This document shows positions 9,411-19,692 of a DNA stretch of 64,000 bases, piece by piece. A program made the translations under genes and the position numbers. The notes under the pieces were generated by a model. The model was not told the origin of the DNA. It worked only from the letters and a program-made list of their open reading frames with translations, and ran no database searches. The stretch's first letter is position 1. The number at the start of each line of letters is the position of its first letter. The DNA is taken from contig CAZSYU010000004.1 of the NCBI GenBank assembly GCA_964611345.1, positions 17,620 to 81,619 on the forward strand, read 5' to 3'. The stretch comes from an uncultured Pseudomonadales bacterium. Lineage in GTDB: Bacteria > Pseudomonadota > Gammaproteobacteria > Pseudomonadales > Azotimanducaceae.

Positions 9411-11683
9411 CCATCCACTCCAACAGACCGACGCTCAGTAGCTGCCGCAGCAATAAAATCTACCGCGCGCTTCTGCAGATCAAAAATATCAGCATGCTCA
9501 CCATACTGCAGTCCATTCGCAGAAAATTCTGCCAATCGCGACCTGTCATCCAGCAGCTCGACTAACCGGGCCACGTAATCATCCTGCGAGAAAGGTTCGG
9601 GCAACAGCTCACCACCCTGCGCCAGAGTTACATGATTTGCGTAGCCGCACACCTCACTCGCCAGCACTGGCAGACCATTGATCAGGGCCTCAAGCAAAAC
9701 AATACCGCCGCTTTCAGAATAAGCGGGGTGCAGCAGTAAATCGGCCGCTTGCAGAAACCTCGGCACATCATCTCGGCCACCCAAAAAGACCACGGCGTCA
9801 GTGATTTCGAGACGTTGCGCCAGCCGCTGGTAGAGCGCCGGATCGTCCTGTCCAACTACCAGCAAGCGCACGGTGGTCTGCAGACGCGCAGGCAATGCCG
9901 CCAGCGCCTCTAATGTTCTATCGAGCCCTTTGGTAGCAAACCCCGACCCAATAGCCAGCAACAGGCACTGCCTTGCGCCGGACAAAAACTCCTCACGCAC
10001 CGCGCTACGAGCGTCATTAGGATCAGGATCTGGTAACCGATCCCGCCCTACACCTGGCGGTAACACCGTCATACGTTGAGCACTCGTGCCATAAAACCGG
10101 GCGAAGTCCTCGCGCTGCCGTTCTGTCAACAGCAGGGTTTGCGTAGCACTGGGCTCCGCGAACACGGCTCGCTCAGCGTTGGCAAAAAATCGGTAGCGAG
10201 GGGTATGCCGATAAAGACTGCTACGCATCGACTGCGCCTTGGCTTCGAAGCAGGCATCCGCGGCAAAATAGACGTCGAGGCCCGGCATTTTATTAAAACC
10301 CACAACCAGCGCAGGCTGCACACGCTGCAACTCATGACCTACCCACTCGATGTAGTACTTGTAGCGCACGTGGTTCGTAAGACCACGATCCGGCACAAGC
10401 ACGATATCAAAGTCTGCCGGTACCGCACCTTCCCAGCCAAGCGTATACACACGGACGGCAAAGCCCTGTTCTGCACAGCCCTGGGCAATACGCAAAAAGT
10501 CGCGCTGCAAGCCACCAAAAGGAAAGTACTTGAACAAACAGAATGCAATGACGCCGTTTCTCTGGCGTTGCGCGAACTTTTCCAACAGGTTCGCCGCCGT
10601 GGGCACCAGAGCGAATATTTCCGCTTCATCCGCAACCCGCCCTGCAGCCACCCCGGTAGCTGCAAGGTCGTCGTCAAACAGCATGGAATGCAAGGCGGCA
10701 TCAAGATTCGCCTGCTCGAATGGTTCAGGCACTACTCGCCCGGCGTTAAAACGCTCTACCCAGACTGCGTAGCCACAGTTAGCCGTGGTTAGCACTGGCA
10801 GCGCTGCAACCATCGACTCTAGTATTACGGTGCCGGTGTTTTCATCATACGCGGGCAGCAATAACAGATCTGCAGCAAAGAAAAATCGTGGGACGTCGTC
10901 CCTGCCAGAGAAAAAGCGTACGCGATGAGCCACACCCAGCCGCTTGGCCATGCGCTCGAAGGGATCAAAGTTGTCCGCTCCCAGTACAAACAGCCAAGTC
11001 TTAGTTAACTGCTCGCTCGATAAGCTGGCCAGACTTCGCAGCGCACGGTCCAAACCCTTTTTCCTAAAGCCAGAACCAACAAACAGCAACAGACTTTCAT
11101 CGCTGGGCACCGAGAATTCAGCGCGTAGTTCTGCGCCTATCTCGGTCGCGTTGGCAGGCGCTATCCGACTCGGATCGATACCCGGCGGCAAGGCATGCAG
11201 ACGCTCGTTAGGCGTGCGGTAGTAACGTTGAAACAACGGTGTTTGCAGATCTGAGATGGTTAAGATCTGGGTTGCACCCAGTCGCCGAAATACCGCGCGC
11301 TCGGTAGCCGCAAAAAATCGATAGCGCGGCATCTGTCGATACCACCAGCCGCGCTGTGTACGCGCCTTCTCCTCATAGCACGAATCGCCGGCAAAGTAGG
11401 CGTCAAGCCCGGTCATCTTATTCAGACCAAAAACCAACTGCACAGGATGCCCATTGAGATGCTGCTGCACCCATTGCTGGTAACGCTCATACAAGGTGTG
11501 CCGCGTTACTCCTTTCACCGGCACCTGCACAAACTCAATCCAGTCGGGTAGCACGCCGTCCCACGTGAGCGCATAAAACCGAACCCGATGACCCTTGGCA
11601 ACCAATGCCTCGGCAATCCGATAACCGTCGCGCTGAATACCCCCAAACGGGAAGTACTTGTAGAGGCAAAACGCAAACTGCAT
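9407..11683 (-). CDS. waaG: Tandem-duplicated, fused WaaG-like LPS core alpha-glucosyltransferase (two GT4 modules)
   Basis: Both halves start with the WaaG signature (FAFCLYKYFPFGGIQRD and IAFCLFKYFPFGGLQRD). They also share PRYRFFA-ERAVF, GRDDVPRF and an EX7E region. The junction is near nt 10555. ATG 11683 overlaps the waaC stop by 1 nt. Confidence 0.85.
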   Translation of the reverse strand: MQFAFCLYKYFPFGGIQRDGYRIAEALVAKGHRVRFYALTWDGVLPDWIEFVQVPVKGVTRHTLYERYQQWVQQHLNGHPVQLVFGLNKMTGLDAYFAGDSCYEEKARTQRGWWYRQMPRYRFFAATERAVFRRLGATQILTISDLQTPLFQRYYRTPNERLHALPPGIDPSRIAPANATEIGAELRAEFSVPSDESLLLFVGSGFRKKGLDRALRSLASLSSEQLTKTWLFVLGADNFDPFERMAKRLGVAHRVRFFSGRDDVPRFFFAADLLLLPAYDENTGTVILESMVAALPVLTTANCGYAVWVERFNAGRVVPEPFEQANLDAALHSMLFDDDLAATGVAAGRVADEAEIFALVPTAANLLEKFAQRQRNGVIAFCLFKYFPFGGLQRDFLRIAQGCAEQGFAVRVYTLGWEGAVPADFDIVLVPDRGLTNHVRYKYYIEWVGHELQRVQPALVVGFNKMPGLDVYFAADACFEAKAQSMRSSLYRHTPRYRFFANAERAVFAEPSATQTLLLTERQREDFARFYGTSAQRMTVLPPGVGRDRLPDPDPNDARSAVREEFLSGARQCLLLAIGSGFATKGLDRTLEALAALPARLQTTVRLLVVGQDDPALYQRLAQRLEITDAVVFLGGRDDVPRFLQAADLLLHPAYSESGGIVLLEALINGLPVLASEVCGYANHVTLAQGGELLPEPFSQDDYVARLVELLDDRSRLAEFSANGLQYGEHADIFDLQKRAVDFIAAAATERRSVGVDG

Positions 11684-12723
11684 CAAGGTGACGCCTTGGC
11701 AAGCAGGTCAGCTGCAGCGGCCGCTACGCGATCAGGGTCTAGCTCCGCGTAACATGCAGGCACTACGGGTGAGCCTGCCAACAACTGTTGAGGGCCGGTG
11801 TAACTACACTCGCGACGCAAGCACGGTGCGCAGGCAAAGCCACTCGCAAGATTAATCGCGTTAGGGCCACGCGCACCAGTTCGCACCTCGTTAGTTGATC
11901 CATACAAGCCTACAACCGGCCGACCAAGCACCGCTGCGAGATGTGTCAGGCCGCTATCTACACCAATAACAAGACGTGCAGAGCGTATCTGCTCATAGGC
12001 TGATAACAACGAACCTGGCGCCTGGGCAGAGACATTCGCCTGCGCACCCGCCAACTGCTGAGCGAACTCATGCTCTTTTGCGCTGCCCGATAAGATGACT
12101 AGCTGATGATTTGCCGCCAGCAAATTCTCGATCACGCCACGCCAGACAACTTCCGGCAACTCTTTGCTTGGCCAGGTCGTGCCGTGAACCAACACCGTCG
12201 CCGCTGACCGCATCGCCTCGGGAGACGCGGACAATCTGGTCTGCGCAGGCTCAGCAAGATCAATGCTGTAACCCAATGACTGAGCAAACAACTCGCGGAG
12301 TCGATCGATTGCATGCAGGTCCCAACTCACTTGCGCTGCTCGATTGTAAAAAAAACTGGCCGCACCTTCCCGCGCCGACTTGCGAGCAAGCCCCATTCGC
12401 ACAGGCGCGCCCGTCGCTCTGGTAATAAATGCACTCTTGAGCAAACCCTGAGCATCCAGCACCTGCTCGTAGTTCAAGGCCCGTAGCTCACGTATAAAGT
12501 GCGAAAGCGCTGGCAAACCCGTCGCGAGCTGCTTGCGCCAACGGCGTAAACCAAACGGGATCACGCGATCTACCGCTGGATGTTGCGCCGCAAGGTCTGC
12601 AAAAGCTTCTTCTACCACCCAATCAAATCGATGCCCTACCTGCATGGCGTCGCTGAGCGCAGGAAAGCTGTGAACCACATCTCCCATCGAACTCAGCTTT
12701 ACCAACAAAACGTTACTGGCCAT
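11683..12723 (-). CDS. waaC: Lipopolysaccharide heptosyltransferase I
   Basis: N-terminus MASNVLLVKLSSMGDVVH aligns with E. coli WaaC MRVLIVKTSSMGDVLH. It is a GT9 family member lying between waaF and waaG. Confidence 0.9.
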   Translation of the reverse strand: MASNVLLVKLSSMGDVVHSFPALSDAMQVGHRFDWVVEEAFADLAAQHPAVDRVIPFGLRRWRKQLATGLPALSHFIRELRALNYEQVLDAQGLLKSAFITRATGAPVRMGLARKSAREGAASFFYNRAAQVSWDLHAIDRLRELFAQSLGYSIDLAEPAQTRLSASPEAMRSAATVLVHGTTWPSKELPEVVWRGVIENLLAANHQLVILSGSAKEHEFAQQLAGAQANVSAQAPGSLLSAYEQIRSARLVIGVDSGLTHLAAVLGRPVVGLYGSTNEVRTGARGPNAINLASGFACAPCLRRECSYTGPQQLLAGSPVVPACYAELDPDRVAAAAADLLAKASP

Positions 12724-12725
12724 AT

Positions 12726-13805
12726 TCAAAGTAGCCCAAGATTACCCAGCGCAGCTTCTACCTGTTGCGGCGTGAGTAAACGCAAACAATCACCATGGCC
12801 AAACTGACATTCGCGTTCAAAACAGGGCTGACAAGCAAGCTTATTAGCGCCGTCGTCTAACGTTACCAGCGTAAGTGCGATCGCATCTTTGTGCAGCGGC
12901 GGCGTAAAACCAGGCGATGTTGAACCATAAAGGGCAATGGCAGGTGTATTGACCGCACTGGCCAGGTGCATCAAGCCAGAGTCGTTACACACCACCGCGA
13001 CCGCGGCAGCCAACAGATCCACCGCGTCAGTTAACATGGTTTGGCCAGCCAGGTTCACCAGGACATTGTCAGGCAGCGCTTGTGAGTGGGCTCGCACTGA
13101 CTGGGCAATTGCTGAGCATACAGGCGCATCCGCTGGTCCTCCCAACAGCCACACCTGTCGCCCTGCGGTCACCAAGCTCGCCGCTACGCTTGCAAAGTGT
13201 TCCGCGGGCCAACGCTTCGCCTGACCAAACTCAGCGCCCGGACAAAGCGCCACCGCACCACCCATGGTGTCAAGTTTGAAGGAGTTGAGTAACTCTTGTT
13301 GGCGCTGGCCATCTATCTGCAACAGCGGATTGGGATGAGGCGTGGCTAACGCACTCTCCTGCCCAGAGCTGGTGTAACGAGCAATGTCCTGTAAAGCCAT
13401 AAAACGCTCAATCATCAACGGCAAACGCTCACTCGGCAGGTGCTGCGTATCGTTGAGCAATCCCCACCGCGCCTCACCTAACCAACCGCTGCGACGCGGT
13501 ATACGCGCAAAAAACGGCACCAGCGCCGACTTCCAACTGTTTGGCAACACGTAGCAGCGCGCAAAACCATGCCGGGCAAGCGCGCGTCCCACGCGCCAGC
13601 GTTTGCCCAGGCCAAACTCACCATGGCCAATATCCAGAGTATGTACCTGTGCAACCTCGGCCATGCGCGTCCCAATTGGGGCGGTAGCGGGCGGTGCAAG
13701 CAGGTGAATTGGCGCATCAGGTTCAGCCCGGTGAATGCCCTGCACAAGACAGTGGGCCATAACCATGTCGCCGATCCACGCCGGAGCGACAACGAGGCTG
13801 CTCAT
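12726..13805 (-). CDS. waaF: ADP-heptose:LPS heptosyltransferase II
   Basis: N-terminus MSSLVVAPAWIGDMVMAH aligns with E. coli WaaF MKILVIGPSWVGDMMMS. It carries the C-terminal GT9 motif NDSGLMHLA. Confidence 0.9.
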   Translation of the reverse strand: MSSLVVAPAWIGDMVMAHCLVQGIHRAEPDAPIHLLAPPATAPIGTRMAEVAQVHTLDIGHGEFGLGKRWRVGRALARHGFARCYVLPNSWKSALVPFFARIPRRSGWLGEARWGLLNDTQHLPSERLPLMIERFMALQDIARYTSSGQESALATPHPNPLLQIDGQRQQELLNSFKLDTMGGAVALCPGAEFGQAKRWPAEHFASVAASLVTAGRQVWLLGGPADAPVCSAIAQSVRAHSQALPDNVLVNLAGQTMLTDAVDLLAAAVAVVCNDSGLMHLASAVNTPAIALYGSTSPGFTPPLHKDAIALTLVTLDDGANKLACQPCFERECQFGHGDCLRLLTPQQVEAALGNLGLL

Positions 13806-13815
13806 TCAGTCTGCT

Positions 13816-14748
13816 CTAAACGGCAGCGTGCCATTCGGGATGCTCCGCCGTGTTGCCCCGCACCTGATCAAAATACCCGGTTTGCAGTTTTTCAGTGATC
13901 GGTCCGCGACTACCGTTGCCTATCATTCGCCCGTCCACTTGCCGCACAGGCAGCACTTCGGCAGCAGTTCCGGTTAAAAACACCTCATCAGCGATGTACA
14001 CCTCGTCGCGCGTGATACGTCGTTCCTTTATAGGCATACCCATCTCGCGGGCCATCGTCATGACAGTATCGCGTGTGATGCCAGCCAAACAGCTGGTCAA
14101 TTCGGGCGTGTGTAGCACACCGTTCGTGATCAGGAAAATATTCTCGCCGCTTCCCTCTGCAACGTAACCTTCGTTGTCTAGCAGCATGGCCTCATCAACA
14201 CCGGCATCGATCGCCTCACGCAGCGCAAGTATGGAGTTGATGTAATTACCATTGGCCTTCGCCTTGCACATAGTTATGTTCACATGATGCCGTGTGTAGG
14301 AGGAGGTCTGCATGCGAATACCCTGGTCTACGGCTTCGGGCGACATGTACGAAGGCCAGGGCCAGGCAGCAACCATGACATTCACCGACAGGCCTTCAGC
14401 ACGAAGACCCATACCTTCAGAACCCAAAAATGCCATGGGGCGCAGATAGCCTTCCTCGAGTGAGTTCGCCCGCAATACCTCAATATGTGCAGCGTTGATT
14501 TGCTCGGGTGTGTACGGCATATCCAAGCGTAGAATCTTGGCCGAGTTGAACAGTCGCGCAGTGTGATCGGCGAGCCGGAACACTTCTGTACCACGGGTTG
14601 TCTTGTAGGCACGCACGCCCTCAAACACCCCAACGCCGTAATGGAAGGTATGAGTTAAAACATGCACCTTGGCATCGCGCCAGGCAATCAGTTCGCCATT
14701 AATCCAGATGTGTCCATCACGATCCGCCAGATTGTCTACTACGGTCAT
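13816..14748 (-). CDS. ilvE: Branched-chain amino acid aminotransferase
   Basis: 310-aa class IV aminotransferase with HYGVGVFEGVRAY, an EGSGENIF motif and a TRDTV segment. Confidence 0.95.
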   Translation of the reverse strand: MTVVDNLADRDGHIWINGELIAWRDAKVHVLTHTFHYGVGVFEGVRAYKTTRGTEVFRLADHTARLFNSAKILRLDMPYTPEQINAAHIEVLRANSLEEGYLRPMAFLGSEGMGLRAEGLSVNVMVAAWPWPSYMSPEAVDQGIRMQTSSYTRHHVNITMCKAKANGNYINSILALREAIDAGVDEAMLLDNEGYVAEGSGENIFLITNGVLHTPELTSCLAGITRDTVMTMAREMGMPIKERRITRDEVYIADEVFLTGTAAEVLPVRQVDGRMIGNGSRGPITEKLQTGYFDQVRGNTAEHPEWHAAV

Positions 14749-14802
14749 TGTGTTCGCTGTTCTCTCTTTCTATCTATCTATACATCTATTTGGTTTGGCT
14801 AG

Positions 14803-17712
14803 TCAGGCGATGGTCTCGGGCGTCTGACCCTGAATCATCAACGCCTGCCAAAGCCGCGCCACCCGTTCGCGCCGCCGCTCTATATCATGAGCATCCGGTA
14901 CCACTACCGCGCTACTAACTGGCCCACCCTCGGCCTCAGTGTGGGACGAGACACCCCAGCCTATCACCAGTAGTTGGCCGCTATGACGCAGCGCGGCGTA
15001 GTCTGCAATAAGTTGCTGCGCGATGTTTTTTCCAAGCACTCCACTATCGCTCGCCTGTTCGAGAATGCGCGCATTGTCCGGAAAATCGAGCAGCGACGGA
15101 TACTCGGCGGCCCAGCCGAGCACAAGGTATTGCACCATAAATTCAATATCCACGATACCGCCGGGCCCGTGCTTTATTCTGCCGCCGGGCTCGGTCGCCG
15201 AAATGCTGTCCCGCATGCGCTCGCGCATCGCAACTATCTGCGCCCTAACCTCATCGCGATCTCGCCGGGCCACCAAAATCTGGCGCCGCAGTGACGAAAA
15301 CGCCGCCGCGAGCTGGGTGCAGCCGGCCACGGGACGAGCACGCACCAACGCCTGATGCTCCCACAGCCAGGCGGAGTCTTTTTGATAGTTGGCAAAGCCA
15401 TTGAGCGAACTCACCATGGTGCCATCCCGGCCCGCAGGTCGAAGTCGGATATCGACCTCGTAGAGTTGGCCAAAATAGGTGTGAACCGCCAAATAATTTA
15501 ATACTCGCCGGGCAAGCTGGTGGAGCACCCGGTGCTCGGCAAGATTCCAGTCATGCACCAGCACCACATCCAGATCAGACCCCACACCGAGTTCAAACCC
15601 TCCGAGTTTGCCATAGCCAAGTACAGTGAAGTCATGCAACTGCGCATCAGGCGTCGGTGCCACCGCGCGCCAGGCCCAGCTCACCACCACATTAATCACG
15701 CTTTCGGCCAGACAGGTCAAATAATCAGCCAACTGCATTACCGTGAGATCACCACGCGCCAATGCAAGCGCAGCCCGGAACTGATGTTGACTCTTATATT
15801 GAGCAAGTAGATCAAAGTGTTGTTGCTGTAGATCATCGGCAACCTTGGCCGGCAATAGTACGGCCAATTCAGTACGCAGGTCGGTTTGCAATTGCGAATA
15901 CATTTCTTCCTGGGAATAAACTGCATCCGCGAGTGCACGCAAGCTAACGCGTTGAAACAACTCTTCAAGCAACGCAGGGTGCTTGGCCAATAGGGCAGTA
16001 AAGTAGTTACCTTGTAACGCGAGCCGTGCAAGCTCGCTGCGCACACCCTCGTTCTCACTCAACAACACCAGATAGGCGGAGCGGCGTAAGACATTCTTTA
16101 ACAATGCCTCCAGCCGCAGGAGCGCCTCGTCCACTGGAGCGGTTGTTCCAGCAGCTCTCAGCAAGTCGTCGAGCAATCTGGGTAGCAGAGTGTCTATCCG
16201 TTCAAGCACTATGCCTTCAGGATTGCGTTGTGCTGCCGCGCGGAGATCGAGCAACACTTGCAGTGATCGTCCCGGGACCGTTTCAAGAAAGCCCACTACC
16301 CCAGCAGGTCGGTCATCGCCTTCGCTGATGGCGCGCCACAAGACAACGCCATCGTCGAGAATCTCAGCGGCGTCAGCATCATCAGCGCTCGACCCAGCTT
16401 CGGTTGCTGGTTGTGCCTCGAGCCACTTCGCCACACACTCAAGCACACTGGTTCGCGCGGCACCAAGCTGCGCTTCGAACGTAGCATAGCTGTCAAAACG
16501 CAATGCAATGGCAAGATGTTCACGCTCGACAGGCTGCTGTGGCAACAAATGTGTTTGCTCGTCACGAAAGGCCTGCAGACAGTGTTCTGTATTGCGAAAC
16601 AGCTCATAGGCGTGCCACAGCTGATCTCGGTCTTGGACTTCGAGTAACTGCTCATCTACCAACGCTTCAAGAGCGCGGGCCAGCGAGTTAGTTCGCAAGC
16701 TCGCCACGCGACCACCCCAGATCATCTGCAACATCTGGACCAGAAACTCGATATCACGGATACCGCCAGCGCCCAACTTTACGTTATCACTGTGGCTGCT
16801 CTGATCGCGCCGAATCAGCGCCCGCATCTCCCGCATGGCATCAATGGCGGCAAAATCCAGATAGCGTCGATAAACAAAAGGCCGCAAACGCTCGAGCAGT
16901 TCAGCCCCGGCCGCAACATTGCCTGCACAGGCTCGCGCCTTGATGAACGCGTAGCGCTCCCAGTCACGACCACTGGTTTCAAAATAGCGTTCCATCGCGG
17001 CAAAGGATTGCACAACGGGACCACTGTCACCGTAGGGACGCAGGCGCAGATCGATGCGAAAACCAAATCCATCGCCGGTCGTCTCGCCCAGCGCTTTCAG
17101 GAGCAGCTGTACAAGCGTCACAAAGAACTGCTGGTTGGTTTTTCCCGTAATCGAAGTTTTTCCCGACTCAGGATAAGCGCAGATCAGATCGATATCGCTG
17201 GAGAGATTAAGCTCAACACCCCCCAGCTTGCCAAGAGCAAACACTACAAGCTGTTGCTTTTCGCCGGTTTCGCTTACGGGTTCGCCTTCAATGCGCACGA
17301 GCGCTGCCTGGCACCAATCAAGTGCGGCACCCAATAGCTCATCTGCCATCGTCGAAAGCGCCACAACAGTTTCGTTAAGCGTTGCGCGACCCGCAAGCTG
17401 ACGCCAAACAACCGTGCGCTGCAACTCATATCGCAGCAACCGTAGTGCCCTTTGAAAATCGGCCATGTTGACGCGCTGCGCATCCGTCGGCGTAAACTCT
17501 TGTCGAAGCTGTGCAATTCTTGCACATACAAGCTCTGGAGTTAGCGCGGTTGTATAAGCGCGCTCGTCGAGATAGACCTGGAAACCTGAAGGGTCGCGCT
17601 GGGCGAGGCGGCAAAGAAACTCGGAGAGACCCAACGTGCGACGCTGCTCATCATCGTGGGCTATAACCCCTGCACGCTCGAGCGCCTGCTCGCAATGCTC
17701 GTGAAAGCTCAC
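14803..17712 (-). CDS. glnE: Bifunctional glutamine synthetase adenylyltransferase / adenylyl-removing enzyme
   Basis: 969 aa with two nucleotidyltransferase modules (GKLGGVELNLSSDIDLI and GKLGGFELGVGSDLDVV). GTG start. Confidence 0.95.
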   Translation of the reverse strand: MSFHEHCEQALERAGVIAHDDEQRRTLGLSEFLCRLAQRDPSGFQVYLDERAYTTALTPELVCARIAQLRQEFTPTDAQRVNMADFQRALRLLRYELQRTVVWRQLAGRATLNETVVALSTMADELLGAALDWCQAALVRIEGEPVSETGEKQQLVVFALGKLGGVELNLSSDIDLICAYPESGKTSITGKTNQQFFVTLVQLLLKALGETTGDGFGFRIDLRLRPYGDSGPVVQSFAAMERYFETSGRDWERYAFIKARACAGNVAAGAELLERLRPFVYRRYLDFAAIDAMREMRALIRRDQSSHSDNVKLGAGGIRDIEFLVQMLQMIWGGRVASLRTNSLARALEALVDEQLLEVQDRDQLWHAYELFRNTEHCLQAFRDEQTHLLPQQPVEREHLAIALRFDSYATFEAQLGAARTSVLECVAKWLEAQPATEAGSSADDADAAEILDDGVVLWRAISEGDDRPAGVVGFLETVPGRSLQVLLDLRAAAQRNPEGIVLERIDTLLPRLLDDLLRAAGTTAPVDEALLRLEALLKNVLRRSAYLVLLSENEGVRSELARLALQGNYFTALLAKHPALLEELFQRVSLRALADAVYSQEEMYSQLQTDLRTELAVLLPAKVADDLQQQHFDLLAQYKSQHQFRAALALARGDLTVMQLADYLTCLAESVINVVVSWAWRAVAPTPDAQLHDFTVLGYGKLGGFELGVGSDLDVVLVHDWNLAEHRVLHQLARRVLNYLAVHTYFGQLYEVDIRLRPAGRDGTMVSSLNGFANYQKDSAWLWEHQALVRARPVAGCTQLAAAFSSLRRQILVARRDRDEVRAQIVAMRERMRDSISATEPGGRIKHGPGGIVDIEFMVQYLVLGWAAEYPSLLDFPDNARILEQASDSGVLGKNIAQQLIADYAALRHSGQLLVIGWGVSSHTEAEGGPVSSAVVVPDAHDIERRRERVARLWQALMIQGQTPETIA

Positions 17713-17733
17713 GCGAGCAAATTCAATTGGCGA

Positions 17734-19623
17734 TCATTCAGCCTGTGACGCTGGTGCAACACGCAGCACTTCCGCAATGGTGGTATAACCGGCGCCCACT
17801 TTCTGCGCACCGGCAAGGCGCAGAGAACGCATGCCTTCCTTAAATCCCTGGGTGCGAAGAGCATCCAACGACAGCTCATCAACAACCGTAGCCTGCACTT
17901 TCTCAGTCATAGGCAACAGTTCATAAATACCCATCCGGCCGAGATAGCCGGTATCTCGACACTCAAGGCAACCTACAGGTCCAAACACGCGCTCTGGTGG
18001 TTTCGCTTTGAAGGGCTGGACCAGCAACTTCCAGGCTTCTTCATCAGGCGCCTCTGGTGCCTTGCAATGGGGACAGAGCGTACGCACCAGACGTTGCGCC
18101 ATAATGCCAAGCACCGTGGCCTTGATCATGTACGACGGTACACCAAGATCGAGCAACCGGGTTACCGCCGTGGGTGCATCATTGGTGTGCAGGGTAGAAA
18201 TCACCAGGTGTCCGGTCAGTGCAGCCTGAATGGCCATTTCGGCCGTTTCAAGATCGCGGATTTCGCCCACCATGATGATGTCAGGGTCTTGCCGCAGCAA
18301 TGCGCGCACACCACTGGCAAAACTCAACTCAATATTTTTTTGCACCTGCATTTGGTTAAACGCTGGCTCAACCATCTCGATGGGATCTTCGATGGTACAA
18401 ACGTTAACCTTCGAGGTAGCGAGCTGCTTCAACGTGGAGTAGAGCGTGGTTGTTTTTCCCGAACCCGTTGGCCCGGTTACGAGGATGATCCCGTTAGGCT
18501 GTCCCGTCATGTCCTTCCAGCGCTGTTGATCTTCGCCGGCCAAACCAAGCTCTTCCTGGGTCCGCAGCAGCACATCAGGATCAAAGATACGCATGACCAT
18601 CTTTTCGCCGAAGGCCGTTGGTAGTGTCGACAACCGCAGTTCGACTTCGTCATTCTCTGGATTTATGGTTTTAACCCGGCCGTCTTGCGGACGACGCTTT
18701 TCTGCAACGTCCATGCGACCCAGAATTTTCAGCCGGCTGGTAACCGCCGCGTTAACTACCGCAGGTAGTTCGTACACGTGATGCAATACGCCGTCAATAC
18801 GGAAGCGGATGAGGCCCATCTCGCGGCGCGGCTCGATGTGAATATCACTAGCCCGCTGCTCGAAAGCGTACTGCAACAACCAATCGACAATATTAACAAT
18901 ATGCGCATCGTTGGCCTCGGGGGACTTCATCTGTCCCAGCTCGAGCATTTGTTCGAGGTTGCCCACACCAGATAGCTCGAGTCCAGCATCCTTCGCCTGG
19001 GTGACGCTGCGCGCTACGGTATAAAACTCGAGTTGAAATCTGCTGATGTCAGCGGGATTCGCAATCACTCGAGTGATCAATCGACCACGCAAGGTCTGCG
19101 TCAACATGCCTTCCCAGCCATGCATGTAAGGCTGGGCAGAGGCAATAACCACCTCTTCATCATTTACCGCAACCGCGATAATGCTATGCCGCTGGGCAAA
19201 CGCGTAGGACATGACCTCAGTCACGCTGTTCACGTTGATTTTCAACGGGTCAATGTGAACAAATTCTTGCCCGGCTTGCAGCGCCAGTCGTTCGGTCAGG
19301 AGGTCGGTGGTTACCTTGTGGCCGGGCTTGTTGGCAAGATCGTACTCGCGTGCAGCCACAATCTCGAACGGGTGTTGCGAAAGTTCTTGCTTGGAGCGCG
19401 GAGCGATCAAGATGTCTTCTGCCTGACGCTGGGTGATCAGGCCCTCAATCACCAACTCTTCGAGCACCGTCGGCAAATCCAGCAGGCGTTCGGGGGCCGG
19501 CATCTTGTAGGTCGCGGCGCGTGGCTCGGCCTTGGGCGACGGCTCTACGGGGCTCTCGGAAATAGGTTCGGCCACAGGTATGGGCACCGGTTGAGTCAGT
19601 GAAATGTCAGTAAAATCCAACAC
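17734..19623 (-). CDS. GspE/PilB-family secretion or pilus-assembly ATPase (no partner genes in window)
   Basis: Walker A GPTGSGKTT, Walker B/Asp box DPDIIMVGEIRD, His box TGHLVISTLHTND and a C-terminal tetracysteine (CPHC ... CLEC). The N-terminal region is GSPII_E_N-like. GTG start 19623; alternative ATG at 19503. Confidence 0.85.
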   Translation of the reverse strand: MLDFTDISLTQPVPIPVAEPISESPVEPSPKAEPRAATYKMPAPERLLDLPTVLEELVIEGLITQRQAEDILIAPRSKQELSQHPFEIVAAREYDLANKPGHKVTTDLLTERLALQAGQEFVHIDPLKINVNSVTEVMSYAFAQRHSIIAVAVNDEEVVIASAQPYMHGWEGMLTQTLRGRLITRVIANPADISRFQLEFYTVARSVTQAKDAGLELSGVGNLEQMLELGQMKSPEANDAHIVNIVDWLLQYAFEQRASDIHIEPRREMGLIRFRIDGVLHHVYELPAVVNAAVTSRLKILGRMDVAEKRRPQDGRVKTINPENDEVELRLSTLPTAFGEKMVMRIFDPDVLLRTQEELGLAGEDQQRWKDMTGQPNGIILVTGPTGSGKTTTLYSTLKQLATSKVNVCTIEDPIEMVEPAFNQMQVQKNIELSFASGVRALLRQDPDIIMVGEIRDLETAEMAIQAALTGHLVISTLHTNDAPTAVTRLLDLGVPSYMIKATVLGIMAQRLVRTLCPHCKAPEAPDEEAWKLLVQPFKAKPPERVFGPVGCLECRDTGYLGRMGIYELLPMTEKVQATVVDELSLDALRTQGFKEGMRSLRLAGAQKVGAGYTTIAEVLRVAPASQAE

Positions 19624-19692
19624 TTAAGCATTTGCAAGGCAACTCAGGCAGCGGCTTACAAGGGTTAGACCCAGGTCACGAAACCATGCAGA

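Noticed and set aside
19350-19520. Possible c-di-GMP-binding MshEN motif in the N-terminal domain of the orphan ATPase.
   Set aside because: The segment LEELVIEGLITQRQAEDIL matches only the generic PilB/GspE N-domain helix. The RLG start and the full 24-residue motif spacing are not present by eye, so no claim is made.
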